The translations under genes and the position numbers were made by a program. From Mustelus asterias (lineage: Eukaryota), in assembly GCF_964213995.1 (NCBI RefSeq), contig NW_027590593.1, forward strand, positions 1-64,000: a stretch of DNA of 64,000 nt, read 5' to 3'. Each line of letters starts with the position of its first letter. Position 1 is the stretch's first letter. This document shows, piece after piece, positions 1-12,310 of the stretch. The notes below the pieces were generated by a model, which made no database searches, was not told the DNA's origin, and saw nothing but the letters and a program-made list of their open reading frames with translations.

Positions 1-8
1 TATTTTAT

Positions 9-1130
9 GAACATAAGAACATAAGAAATAGGAGCAGGAGTAGGCCATCTAGCCCCTCAAGCCTGCTACACCATTTAATAAGATCATGGCTGTTCTGATA
101 GTGGGTTCAGTTCCACTTACCGCCCGCTCCCCATAACCCTTAATTCCCTTAATGGTTAAAAATCTATCTATCTGTGACTTAAACACATTTAACGAGGTAG
201 CCTCTACTGCTTCATTGGGCAGAGAATTCCAAAGATTCACTATTCTCTGGGAGAAGAAGTTCCTCCTCAACTCTGTTCTAAATTGACTCGCCCGTATTTT
301 GAAGCTATGCCCCCTAGTTCTTGTTTCCATTGCAAGTGGAAATAACCTCGCTGCTTCTATCCTGTCTAGCCCCTTCATTAACTTATATGTCTCTATAAGA
401 TCTCCCCTCAACCTTCTAAACTCCAATGAGTACAGGCCCAGTCTACTCAATCTCTCCTCATAAGTTAACCCCCTCATCTCCAGAATCAACCTGGTGAACC
501 TTCTCTGTACCCCCTCCAAAGCTAAGATATCCTTTCTTAAATAAGGGGACCAAAATTGTACACAGTACTCTAGGTGCGACCTCACCAGTACCCTGTACTG
601 TTGCAGCATGACCTCCTTGCTTTTATACTCCATCCCTCTCGCGATAAAGGCCAACATTCCAGTTGCCTTCTTGATTACCTGCTGCCCCTGCAAACTGAGT
701 TTTTGTGATTCATGCACAAGGTCCCTCTGCACAGCAGCATGTTGTAATTTTTCACTGTTTAAATAATAGTCCATTTTACTATTATTCCTTCCAAAGTGGA
801 TAACCTCACACTTACCAATGTTATACTCCATCTGCCAGATCCTTGCCCACTCACTTAGCCTATCCAAATCTCTCTGCAGACTCTCTGTGTCCTCCACGCA
901 ATTTGCTTTCCCACTCATCTTTGTGTCATCTGCAAACTTTGTTACCCTACACTCGGTCCCCTCCTCCAGATCGTCTATGTATATGGTAAATAGTTGAGGC
1001 CCCAGCACCGATCCCTGCGGCACGCCACTAGTCACTGATTGCCAACCGGAAAAGCACCCATTTATTCCGACTCTTTGCTTTCTGTTGGATAGCCAATCCT
1101 CAATCCACGCTAACACTTTACCCCCAACTC
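9..1130 (-). mobile_element. 5'-truncated CR1 LINE (RT C-terminal half, 3' UTR, 8-nt microsatellite tail)
   Basis: ORF 49..1116 has [17 protein letters not shown] and [10 protein letters not shown] motifs; (ACATAAGA)n tail at 9-28. Confidence 0.95.
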
Positions 1131-1139
1131 CCCCAAAAT

Positions 1140-1810
1140 AGTTTATGAACTGTTATACTTGGATTATATTTACATTATATCTATGATATATTTATATTTA
1201 GATGATAGTTATCACAGACTATGATATATTGATATATATTCATTATTTCACTCAATTCCTCCCTGGTTTTTTCTTGTTTTATTTTCTCTACGATATATTT
1301 ACATTTTATATACTATATTTATCACAGACTGTATATATGACATTTATTACTCTATTATATATTATTTTACATATTTTTTACTCCTTTTGGTATATCTGGA
1401 TGATATTTACATGATATCTATGACATATCTAGAATATATATATTTACTGCAGGCTCTATGATATATATTTATAACATTTGTTACTCTCTCGCTGGGTTTT
1501 GATGATCTTTTCTCTCTGATACATTTACATTATATGTATTATATTATCAATGATATTTATCACAGATTCACTGTTAGATTAAGATTATATTTAACGCTAT
1601 TTGTTGCTGACTCTGTTATATTAGGATTATATTTATATATATTATATTTATCACTGTCACTCGCTGGGTTTTCATGTTTTTTTCTCTATGATATATTGAC
1701 ATTATCTATATTATTTTATATATCTATAATATTTATCTCAGGCTCACTGATATGTTTCTATCACAGGTTCCCTCCTCTGTCTCGGTGAGATTTTATATTT
1801 AATGATATTT
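1140..1810. repeat. AT-rich low-complexity, degenerate repeat tract
   Basis: Recurrent TATGATATATT/TTACATTATAT motifs; ORFs here have low-complexity composition. Confidence 0.7.
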
Positions 1811-1819
1811 GTTACTCAC

Positions 1820-1895
1820 TCCTCCGCTTCAGCTTTTTCCTTCCTCTTCACAAAATGGCGGCTCCACCAACTGCCGCTTGGCTCCGCCCACCGCA
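1820..1895 (-). other. Candidate non-coding first exon of a minus-strand gene that continues left out of the window
   Basis: Minus strand reads ...GGAGCCGCCATTTTGTGAAGAGG...GCGGAGGA|GTGAGT: YY1 motif, consensus donor at 1819, with a GC box and CCAAT array immediately upstream. Confidence 0.55.
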
Positions 1896-2350
1896 TTCCG
1901 ACCAATCGGACACCGCCTCCCGTCTCTTCCAACCAGTCAGCGCTCTGAGCCGTGACCAATCAGCGCCTCGTTCTTCCGCCGTGACCAATCAGCGCCCTCG
2001 TTGCTCCGCCGTGACCAATCAGCGCCTCGTTCCTCCGCCGTGACCACTCAGCGCCCTCGTTGCTCCGCCGTGACCAATCAGCGCCCTCGCCCCTGCGCCC
2101 TGACCAATCAGATGTCGAGCCTCACCATTCCCACCAATGAAATGCCGCTCCTCCCTGTTCTAACCAATACGAGTCCACGACTGTCTTCCCGGACCACTGA
2201 TTGTCCACGCCCCTCTTTATCGACCAATTAAAACTCACTACCCCTCTTTCCGACCAATCAGAGTCCACGTTCCTTCCTTTCTGACCAATCAAAGTCCTAG
2301 CTCCTTCTTTGACGACCAATCAGACCCCCGCTCCCCGGCGACCATTCAGA
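1851..2350 (-). promoter_or_regulatory. CpG-rich promoter with YY1 site, GC box and ~30-bp-phased CCAAT array
   Basis: CAAAATGGCGGC at 1851; CCGCCC at ~1884; CCAAT at 1902, 1956, 1985, 2015, 2074, 2104, 2134, 2164, 2224, 2254, 2285, 2316. Confidence 0.65.
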
Positions 2351-2380
2351 ATCCGCGCTGTCGGCCCGATCACAGCCTGA

Positions 2381-4593
2381 CAAAGAACAAAGAACAATAC
2401 AGCACAGGAACAGGCCCTTCGGCCCTCCAAGACCGTGCCGCTCCCTGGTCCAAACTAGGCTCCAAACTAGACCATTCTTTTGTATCCCTCCATTCCCACT
2501 CCGTTCATGTGGCTGTCTAGATAAGTCTTAAATGTTCCCAGTGTGTCCGCCTCCACCACCTTGCCTGGCAGCGCATTCCAGGCCCCCACCACCCTCTGCG
2601 TAAAATATGTCCTTCTGATATCTGTATTAAACCTCCCCCCCCTCACCTTGAACCTATGACCCCTCGTGAACGTCACCACCGACCTGGGGAAAAGCTTCCC
2701 ACCGTTCACCCTATCTGTGCCTTTCATAATTTTATACACCTCTATTAAGTCTCCCCTCATCCTCCGTCTTTCCAGGGAGAACAACCCCAGTTTACCCAAT
2801 CTCTCCTCATAACTAAGCCCCTCCATACCAGGTAACATCCTGGTAAACCTCCTCTGTACTCTCTCCAAAGCCTCCACGTCCTTCTGGTAGTGTGGCGACC
2901 AGAACTGGACGCAGTATTCCAAATGCAGCCGAACCAACGTTCTATACATCTGCAACATCAGACCCCAACTTTTATACTCTATGCCCCGTCCTATAAAGGC
3001 AAGCATGCCATATGCCTTCTTCACCACCTTCTCATGTGGACTTGCACACCCAGGTCCCTCTACAACCTAAATGGTTCTGCCATTTATCGTATAGCTCCTC
3101 CCTACATTATGTAAGGGCGTGGAATGCCCTGCCTGCAGCAGTGGTGGACTCGTCAACGTTGAGAGCGTTCAAAATGCATCACTTCGCATTTATCAGGATT
3201 GAACTCCATCTGCCATTTCTTTGCCCAAATTTCCAGCCTATCTATATCCTTCTGTAGCTTCTGACAATGCTCCTCACTATCTGCAAGTCCTGCCAATTTT
3301 GTGTCGTCCGCAAACTTACTGATCACCCCAGTTACACCTTCTTCCAGATCATTTATATAAATCACAAACAGCAGAGGTCCCAATACAGAGCCTTGCGGAA
3401 CACCACTAGTCACAGGCCTCCAGCCGGAAAAAGACCCTTCCACTACCACCCTCTGTCTTCTGTGAACAAGCCAGTTCTCCACCCATCTAGCCACCTCCCC
3501 CTTTATCCCATGAGATCCAACCTTTTTCACCAGCCTACCATGAGGGACTTTGTCAAACGCTTTACTAAAGTCCATATAGACGACATCCACGGCCCTTCCC
3601 TCGTCAACCATTTTGGTCACTTCTTCAAAAAACTCCACCAGGTTAGTGAGGCATGACCTCCCTCTCACAAAACCATGCTGACTATCGTTAATGAGTTTAT
3701 TCCTTTCTAAATGCGCATACATCCTATCTCTAAGAATCTTCTCCAACAACTTCCCCACCACGGACGTCAAGCACACCGGCCTATAATAGAACATAGAACA
3801 TTACAGCGCAGTACAGGCCCTTCAGCCCTCGATGTTGCGCTGACCAGTGGTACCAATCTAAAGCCCCTCTAATCTACACTATTCCAATATCATCCATATG
3901 TTTATCCAATAACCACTTGAACGCTCTCAACGTTGACGAGTCCACCACTGCTGCAGGCAGGGCATTCCACGCCCTTACTACTCTCTGAGTAAAGAACCTA
4001 CCTCTAACATCTGTCCTATATCTCTCACCCCTCAATTTAAAGCTATGTCCCCTCGTGCTAGCCAACACCATCCGAGGAAAAAGGCTCTCACTATCCACCC
4101 TATCGAATCCTCTGATCATCTTGTATGCCTCTATTAAGTCACCTCTTAACCTTCTTCTCTCTAACGAAAACAACCTCAAGCCCCTCAGCTTTTCCTCATA
4201 CGATTTTCCCACCATACCAGGCAACATCCTGGTAAATCTCCTCTGCACCCTTTCCAACACTTCCACATCTTTCCTATAATACGGCGACCAGAACTGTACG
4301 CAATACTCCAAATGCGGCCGCACCAGAGTTTTGTACAGTTGCAGCATGACCTCCTGGCTCCGAAACTCAATCCCTCTACCAATAAAAGCTAACACACCGT
4401 ACGCCTTCTTAACAACCCTATCAACCTGGGTGCCAACATTCAGGGATCTATGCAAATGGACACCCAGATCCCTCTGTTCATCCACACTACCAAGTATCTT
4501 ACCATTAGCCCAGTACTCTGTAATTACCCGGGTTATCCTTCCTACCCTTCTTAAATAACGGGACCACATTAGCTATCCTCCAATCCTCTGGGA
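2381..4593 (-). mobile_element. CR1 fragment (2381-3788 plus 4521-4593) split by a second CR1 3' fragment (3789-4520)
   Basis: RT ORFs 2467..3027, 3153..3794 and 3874..4569; two different tails (CAAAGAA)n and (ATAGAAC)n; the outer element resumes at 4521. Confidence 0.9.
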
Positions 4594-5085
4594 TTGACCA
4601 ATCACACTGCGCTGTCCTCTCGCTTGGCCATTCAGATTGTCCTGTCACTCACTGACGTTCCCCGCCGTCTCCAATCGGATCGAGTGCTGGGCTGCCAATC
4701 ACATTCACCCGCCCCATTGCAGTTTCAGAGCCCGCCCCTGTCTGCCACCGGTTGGATGTTCGACGTTAACCAATCAACGCCCGTGTTCCCTTGTCCATCA
4801 CCAAGCGTGTTCTGTTTGGACCAATCAAACACGCGCTGCATCAGAAACTGAGGGGCGATTGGTATACTCCTCGGCCAATGGGAGGCTGCGGAGCCCACCT
4901 CCTTTGTCTGCTGCTGACCAATGGGAACTTCGAGAACGTTGGGCTATTGTCCTGATATGGACCAATGGGAGCTTCCCCTCTCCTATCCCATTGTGACGTC
5001 GTTCAACCTTGGAGCCAATCAGAACTGGGGCCACTCTTGGTTTTGCCAATGGGAGTCGGGCTTGGTGCCCTTGACCAACAGCGAA
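4594..5085. promoter_or_regulatory. Second CCAAT-rich block, probably the distal part of the array at 1900-2350
   Basis: CCAAT at ~4598, 4671, 4695, 4770, 4821, 4875, 4918, 4962, 5015, 5046, in the same orientation as the first block. Confidence 0.5.
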
Positions 5086-5489
5086 CGGCTGTTCAGCCCA
5101 TCCAGGCGGTCTTAGCCCTCTGCCAAGAGCAACTCATTTCTGTTGCCCAATGCTCTCCCTGATCCCTGTACCCCTGCGCCTACCTCCTCTGTGGATAGTA
5201 GTCCTTCATGAGTGTATGGATGGAACCTGCCTCCACCATACCCACAGGCAGCGCATTCCCGAGACATTCTAGTGGATCCTCCCTGTCCCCTCTCCAATGC
5301 CTTCACATCCTTCCGAAAGTGCCATGCCCAGAACTGGGCGCAATATTCCAGTTGAGGCGGAACGTATGTCTTGTCCGAGTTCAATGTGATATAAAACATT
5401 GGGTTGGTTGGATGGGCAAATGAAATTTAACCACTTTGAGGAGACTAACAAGGCAAGAGGATACACAATGCAAGGAATGTGTTTTCCAA

Positions 5490-7215
5490 TGCCGGCGGAT
5501 TGGAAAACGGCGAATATTACGCCGCTGTTTAAAAAAGGAAATAGACAAAAGGCGGGTAACTACAGGCTGGTTAGCTTAACGTCTGTAGTTGGGAAAATGC
5601 TGGAATCCATCATTAAAGAAGAAATAGCAGGCCATCTGGATAAGAATGGTTCGATTAAGCAGATGCAGCATGGATTCATGAGGGGAAAGTCGTGCTTGAC
5701 GAACTTGTTGGATTTTTATGAAGATGTGACTAGTGCGGTTGACGGAGGGGAACCGGTGGATGCGGTGTTTTTGGATTTCCAAAAGGCGTTTGATAAGGTG
5801 CCTCACAAAAGGTTGCTGAAGAAGATTGGGTCACACAGAGTTGGGGGTAGGATGTTAGCATGGATTGGGGATTGGCTATCCGACAGGAGTCATGATGTGG
5901 AGATGCCGGCGTTGGACTTGGGTCAACACAGTAAGAAGTTTAACAACACCAGGTTAAAGTCCAACAGGTTTATTTGGTAGCAAAGGCCACACAAGCTTTC
6001 GGAGCTCCAAGCCCCTTCTTCAGGTGAGTCTATCACCTGAAGAAGGGGCTTGGAGCTCTGAAAGCTTGTGTGGCTTTTGCTACCAAATAAACCTGTTGGA
6101 CTTTAACCTGGTGTTGTTAAACTTCTTACTGTATCCGATAGGAAGCAGAGAGTTGGAATAAATGGATGCTTTTCTGGTTGGCGGATGGGAACTAGTGGCG
6201 TGCCGCAGGGATCGGTACTGGGGCCTCAACTATTTACCATTTATATAGACGATCTGGAGGAGGAGACTGAGTGTAGGGTAACAAAGTTTGCAGACGACAC
6301 AAAGATAAGTGGAAAAGTGAATCGTGTGGAGGGCGTAGGAGGTCTGCAGAGAGATTTGGACAGGCTGAGTGAGTGGGCGACGATCTGGCAGATGGAGTAT
6401 AACGTTAACAAATGCGAGGTTATTCACTTTGGAAGAAATAATAGCAAATCGGATTATTATCTAAATGGAAAGAAATTACAACATGCTGCTGTGCAGAGGG
6501 ACCTGGGGTCCTTGTGCATGAGACGCAAAAACCCAGTCTGCAGGTGCAACAGGTGATCAAGAAGGCAAATGGGATGTTGGCCTATATCGCAAGGGGGATA
6601 GAATATAAAAGCAGAGATGTCTTGCTGCATCTGTACAGGGCATTGGTGAGGCCGCAGCTGGAATACTGTGTGCAGTATTGGTCCCCTTATTTGCGGAAGG
6701 AAATATTGGCCTTGGAGGGAGTGCAGAGAAGGTTCACCAGGTTGATACCAGAGATGAGGGGTGTTGATTATGAGGAGAGACTGAGCAGATTGGGTTTGTA
6801 TTCGTTGGAGTTTAGAAGGCTGAGGGGGGATCTTATAGAGATCTATAAGATAATGAAGGGGCTGGATAGGGTAGAGGTGGAGAGATTCTTTCCACTTAGA
6901 AAGGAAGCTAGAACTAGAGCGCACAGCCTCAAAATAAAGGGGGGTCAGTTTAGGACAGAGTTGAGGAGGAACTTCTTCTCTCAGAAGATGGTGAATCTCT
7001 GGAATTCTCTGCCCACTGAAGTCGTGGAGGCTACCTCGTTGAATATGTTTAAATCACGGACAGATGGATTCCTGATCGGTAAGGGAATTAGGGGTTATAG
7101 GGATCAGGCGGGTAAGTGGAACTGATCCACTTCAGATCAGCCATGATCTTATTGAATGGCGGGGCAGGCTCGAGGGGCTAGATGGCCTACTCCTGCTCCT
7201 ATTTCTTATGTTCTT
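5490..7215 (+). mobile_element. CR1 RT fragment with 3' tail, interrupted by a Penelope-derived hairpin
   Basis: ORFs 5399..5980, 6185..6556 and 6514..7125 ([28 protein letters not shown]); TTCTTATG tail. Confidence 0.9.
5891..6132. mobile_element. Penelope-like element terminus as a 100-bp inverted repeat
   Basis: Arms 5928-6027 and 6033-6132 are about 98% complementary; flanked by TATCCGA(C/T)AGGA duplication; same sequence follows a Penelope ORF end at 48500-48908. Confidence 0.75.
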
Positions 7216-7314
7216 AAGGAAGTACAGAGAACCAGAGGGACCTTGGCGTGCATGTCCATAGATCCTTGAAGGCAATAGGTCGGGTAGCTAAGCTGGTTGA
7301 GGAGACACATGGGA

Positions 7315-8325
7315 TGTTCTCCACATGTTTCCAAAGATGTGCAGGTTAGATGGATTGGCTATGCCAAATTTTGCCTTTGTGTCAGGGGGATTCGCAGGGT
7401 AAATACGGGGATTGGGCCTGGATGGGATTGTAGTCGGTGCAGACTTGATGGGCCAAATGGTCTTCTTTTTAAAAAAGGCAGCACAGTGGCACAATGGTTA
7501 GCACTGCTGCCTCACAGCACCAGGGACCCGGGTTCAATTCCGGCCTCAGGTCACTGTCTGTGTGGAGTTTGCACTTTCTCCCTATGGCTGCGTGGGTTTC
7601 CTCCGGGTGCTCCTGTTTCGTCCCACACTCAAAAGGTGTGTGGGCTGGGTTGAATGGTCACGCTAAATTGACCGTCGTGGCAGGTGGATGAGCAGGGTAA
7701 ATGTTTGGGGTTACGGAAATGGAGCCTGGGTGGGATTGCGGTCGGTGCAGACTCGATGGATCGAATGGCCTCCTTCTGCACTATAAGGATATTATGTCTG
7801 TGTGGGTTTCCTCCGGCTGCTCTGGTTTATTCCCACTGTCCAAAGATCATAGAAATCATAGAAACCCTACAGTGCAGAAGGAGGCCATTCGGCCCATCGA
7901 GTCTGCACCGACCACAATCCCACCCAGGCCCTACCCCCACATATTTTACCCGCTAATCCCTCTAACCTACACATCCCAGGACTCTAAGGGGCAATTTTTT
8001 TAACCTGGCCAATCAACCTAACCCGCACATCTTTGGACTGTGGGAGGAAACCGGAGCACCCGGAGGAAACCCACGCAGACACGAGGAGAATGTGCAAACT
8101 CCACACAGACAGTGACCCGAGCCGGGGACCCTGGAGCTGTGAAGCAGAGTGCTAACCACTGTGCTACCGTGCCGCATTCCAGCATTGTTCCAGCATTCAG
8201 AGGACCAAATCACATCAGATGTTAAAAGATGTGCAGGTTAGGGTGGATTGGCCATGCTAAATTGGCCCTTAGTGTCCCAAGATGGGTAGGTTAGGGGGAT
8301 TAGCAGGGTGAATATGTGGGGTTGA
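7315..8325. mobile_element. Cluster of nested HE1-like tRNA-derived SINEs (7478-7785 +, 7850-8175 -, plus partial copies)
   Basis: A/B-box head TGGCACAATGGTTAGCACTGCTGCCTCACAG...GGTTCAATTCC; conserved core GGTTTCCTCCGGGTGCTCCGG; CR1-like tail. Confidence 0.85.
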
Positions 8326-8614
8326 TAATTGCACACAAGCTGCTCATTCATATTGTGCCACCCTCTCTGCGGCTTTGAGCCTGGCCCCATGCAACCTCCA
8401 GGCAGCCACACCAAAGGACTTGAAGCTCAAAGGCACCACAAACAACAATCCCAAGTGCAAGTGAGAGTATGTGGATGGAATAGTGGCACATTCACTTGCC
8501 GCATAATCCTAGTTCCCTTCCAATTTAAAAGTGGAAAAAAAACCTTCCAACGAATGAGCATTGAGCAATTCACCTTCAATTTCCATCCACCTTGTAACAG
8601 GAATGTCACACATT

Positions 8615-9359
8615 TGTGACAATACTATACCATTAAGAAATTTATTTTAATCACGTTCCTTTGCCGGATATTCTTAGCAGACCCTGGAAGTTGTCGGCAC
8701 TGTGTAGTCTGCAGTCAGTGTTTATAATTGTTACTGAAGGAATATAATGTTTTAATCTGGCCTAATGCAGTGTCCTGCAGCTTTATGATCCTTTGGGGAT
8801 TGCCGAGTGGAGTTTGGTTTGGGGATGATTGACATATGGTGATGCCTGGGGACAATTCTTTTCCCCCCACAAGATTTTAGTTTTGGTTTAGCTGCTGTTA
8901 GAAGCTGGTGGAGGGAGGCAGCCTGTCTCTGTCTCCATCTCCCGCCAGAGGCTTTTTTGGGAAGTTCCAGGACTGGGAAGCCTCAGGGATTTGTTCCAGC
9001 ATTCAGAGGACCAAATCACATCAGATGTTAAAAAGCTGCAAAATCCAGCATCACGTGAGCTTACTTGCTTTTTGTGCCAAGTCCAGAAAAGGATTTATGT
9101 GAATGGGATAGAGTTCGACTTGGAACAACATAGATAGCCAGCTGTTAAGGTTTACACTGTATCATGTTTAAATCTTGTAATTGGTAAAAGTTATGATAAT
9201 CTTTTTCTTGAATTTTAACTGTGTTCTTAAATAAACTTTGTTCTAATGGGTCACTTGAATCATACCTGGAGAGAAACACCTTATGTTCACCCGTGCTAAA
9301 TTCAAATGTAAAAACCGAGGGTCGAGGCTATCTCCATAAAACTATCTTGGGTCATAACA
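8615..9359 (+). mobile_element. Possible solo LTR
   Basis: TGTGA...TAACA ends, internal AATAAA near 9229, imperfect 4-bp flanks CATT/CTTT; no coding evidence. Confidence 0.35.
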
Positions 9360-10134
9360 CTTTGCATTTTAGATTGAAACTAACCACGTGACAAATGCCC
9401 AGTGTGGAGCACATGTTGGGAGAGCGAAGTACTGCAGGTGGTGGAAAACTAAAATAAAAATCGAAGGTGCTGGAAACACCTTGCTGGCCATCTAGCCTCT
9501 GTGGAGAGAGACAGGGAGTAGATGTTGCTTCACGATCTGCACCAGTTCTGACGAAGGATGGGTGACTTCAGTTTCCCTCCGCATGGATGCCGCCCGAAGT
9601 ACGGAGCATTTCCATGACCTCCCGTTTCGATTGGAGCCGAATTGACCCTTTTTGCCAACCCATTCCCACTCCCACAATCAGACTTCTTCTGAGCTTCTAA
9701 TACCCGCCTCCCCCTCCCCAGCATGAAGAAACCCAACAGCAGCCGCCCGAGATTTGATCGGCGCAATATTAAACCAATTTTGAAAAGAAACCCATCTTTC
9801 TGAGCAAGAAAACAAAAATCAATGCCTTGTCAATAAATTGATCAAAAATGACCTTGTCAATAAATTGATCAAAAATGAGATTAATAACAATGGCCATTAA
9901 AAAGTGTCCATCAGACTTAATTAATCTTTATTTTGGTCTTTCTGGTTAAGAAGTAGAGCTATAGAGAGGCAGACTAGGCCACCAAGTCTTGGCCATCAGT
10001 GGAGAAGGAAGATAGCAGGGCAGAGCAAAGGAGTTGAGTTTAACTCACACCATTCCTCATGTTTTTACGCACCATTGAAGGACTGTGGTCAGGAGGGAAC
10101 ACAGGAACTTAGATCAGTACCAGCTATGGAGGAG

Positions 10135-10915
10135 TAACATTCGTGCCAAACAAGTGCCAGGCAATGACCATCTCCAACCAGAGAGAATCTAACCATCGCC
10201 CCTTGACATTCAATGGTATTACCATCACTGAACTGCCCCCCCACAACGATCAACATCCTGGTGTTTAACATTGACCCAAATCTGAACTGGTCGAGACACA
10301 TAAATACTGTGGCTACAAGAGCAGGTCAAAGGCAAAGAATACTGCGCTGAGTAACTCACCTCCTGATACCCCAAAGCCTGTCCACCATCTACAAGGCACA
10401 AGTCAGGAGTGTGATGGAACACACTCCAATTGCCCGGTTGAGTGCAGTTCCAATAACACTCAAGAAGCTCAACACCATCCAGGACAGAGCAGCCCCACTT
10501 AATTGCTACCCCTTCCACAAACATTCAATCCCTCCACCACCAACGAACAGTGGCATCCGTGTGTAACATTTACAAAATGCACTGCAGGAACTCACCAAGG
10601 TTCCTTTGGCAGCAACTTCCAAACCCACAACCACTACCATCTGGAAGGATGAGAGCAGCAGATACCTGGAAACACCACTACCTGGATGTTCCCCTCCGAG
10701 TCACTCACCATCCTGACTTGGAAATATATCGGCCATTCCTTCACTGTGGCTGGGTCAAACTCTTGGAACTCCCTCCCGAACAGCACTATGGGTGCGCCTA
10801 AACCCATGGACTGCAGCGGGTTCAAGAAGGCAGCTCCCCGCCACCATCTCAAGGGGTAACTGGGGATGGACAATAAATGCTGGTCGATAGAACCAGTGAT
10901 ACACATGTCCCATGA
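10135..10915 (+). mobile_element. Degenerate non-LTR retrotransposon 3' fragment from a family distinct from the main CR1s
   Basis: Translates to IYKAQVRSVMEH...LKKLNTIQDRAA and later WNSLP, typical of the RT C-terminal region of CR1/L2-group LINEs. Confidence 0.65.
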
Positions 10916-11486
10916 ATTAACAAACAAAAGGATTATAAGAGGGCTCAAACCGATAACACAAAAGTGAAATGTTAGTCAGTGAAAGTTGCCCGTGTTAAAG
11001 ACAGTTGGTCATCAATAATTTGTCAAGAAGCTCCCACAGGATACTGAGAGATGGAGTGGAAGGGGTTTTTCACAGCGGACAGTATCATGGTGGGAATTCT
11101 GTCTTAACACCAAGAGCAGGGGGCCGAGGGGGCCAGGGAAGGATTGGGCCAGAGACCAGGATCCACAGACCATCAAGGTGGGTGGAGGAGGGGGACACAC
11201 TGACCATAAAGCAGACATGGATGCCACAAATGAAAACCGTCAGCAGTCCACTATCCCAGTCCCTGCGGGTAAAGCCAGCGGAACAGATTGGGAATTAAAC
11301 CCACCATTCTACGTTGTCTCCACCTGTTCAAGTTGAACACTTCCCCGAATTTCAATTTCATTTGCCACTTGGAGAAAGTGAGGCTCGCTGCAGTGGGGAT
11401 TGAGAGGATTACCCAGTCAGCAAGCACGCGGGATCCACACAAAAGATAAAACCACTCTCCCAGATTTCCTCCACGCGCTCATCAAA

Positions 11487-12010
11487 GGGAGTGCTGCACT
11501 GTCAGAGGGTCAGTGCCAAGGGAGTGCTGCACTGTCAGAGGGTCAGTACTGAGGGAGTGCTGCACTGTCAGAGGGTCAGTACTGAGGGAGTGCTGCACTG
11601 TCAGAGGGTCACTACTGAGGGAGTGCCGCACTGTCAAGAGCGTCAGTACTGAGGGAGTGCTGCACTGTCAGAGGGTCAGTACTGAGGGAGTGCTGCACTG
11701 TCAGAGGGTCAGTACTGAGGGAGTGCCGCACTGTCAGAGGGTCAGTACTGAGGGAGTGCTGCACTGTCAGAGGGTCAGTACTGAGGGAGTGCTGCACTGT
11801 CAGAGGGTCAGTACTGAGGGAGTGCCGCACTGTCAGAGGGTCAGTACTGAGGGAGTGCCGCACTGTCGGAGGGACAGTACTGAGGGAGTGCCGCACTGTC
11901 AGAGGGTCAGTACTGAGGGAGTGCCGCACAGTCAGAGGGACAGTACTGAGGGAGTGCCGCACTGTCAGAGGGTCAGTACTGAGGGAGTGCCGCACTGTCA
12001 GAGGGTCAGT
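11487..12010 (+). repeat. 33-bp minisatellite ACTGAGGGAGTGC(T/C)GCACTGTCAGAGGGTCAGT, ~16 copies
   Basis: Visible tandem array; 11-aa periodic ORFs. Confidence 0.95.
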
Positions 12011-12129
12011 GCTCCTTATCTCAGAGGTAAACTGTCCAACGGCAGTATATCTTTCATTAGCTGAGTCCAGTGAAACAATTCACAGTATTCCAGGAGTTAT
12101 TACAATGAGGCTTGCGATGTGGAAATGAG

Positions 12130-12135
12130 TTTATT
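12130..12135 (-). promoter_or_regulatory. Candidate polyadenylation signal of the tweety gene
   Basis: AATAAA on the minus strand ~500 nt past the stop codon; further AATAAA copies lie in the adjacent Penelope remnant and downstream. Confidence 0.3.
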
Positions 12136-12151
12136 CTGGCTGTTATTTAGC

Positions 12152-12310
12152 GTGATGTGGAGATGCCGGCGTTGGACTGGGGTAAACACTGTAAGAAGTT
12201 TAGCAACACCAGGTTAAAGTCCAACAGGTTTATTTGGTAGCAAAAGCCACACAAGCTTTCGGAGCTGCAAGCCCCTTCTTCAGGTGAGTGGGAATTCTGT
12301 TCACAAACAG
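12152..12310 (-). mobile_element. Penelope-like terminus in the presumptive TTYH1 3' UTR
   Basis: Near-identical to the reverse complement of 48755-48908. Confidence 0.7.

Noticed and set aside
1855-2043. ATG GCG GCT ORF on the plus strand
   Set aside because: The ATG is part of the YY1 motif and the ORF runs into the CCAAT repeat with no recognisable protein.
7478-7560. tRNA-like A/B boxes here and at other SINE heads
   Set aside because: They continue into SINE core and tail, so they are not tRNA genes.
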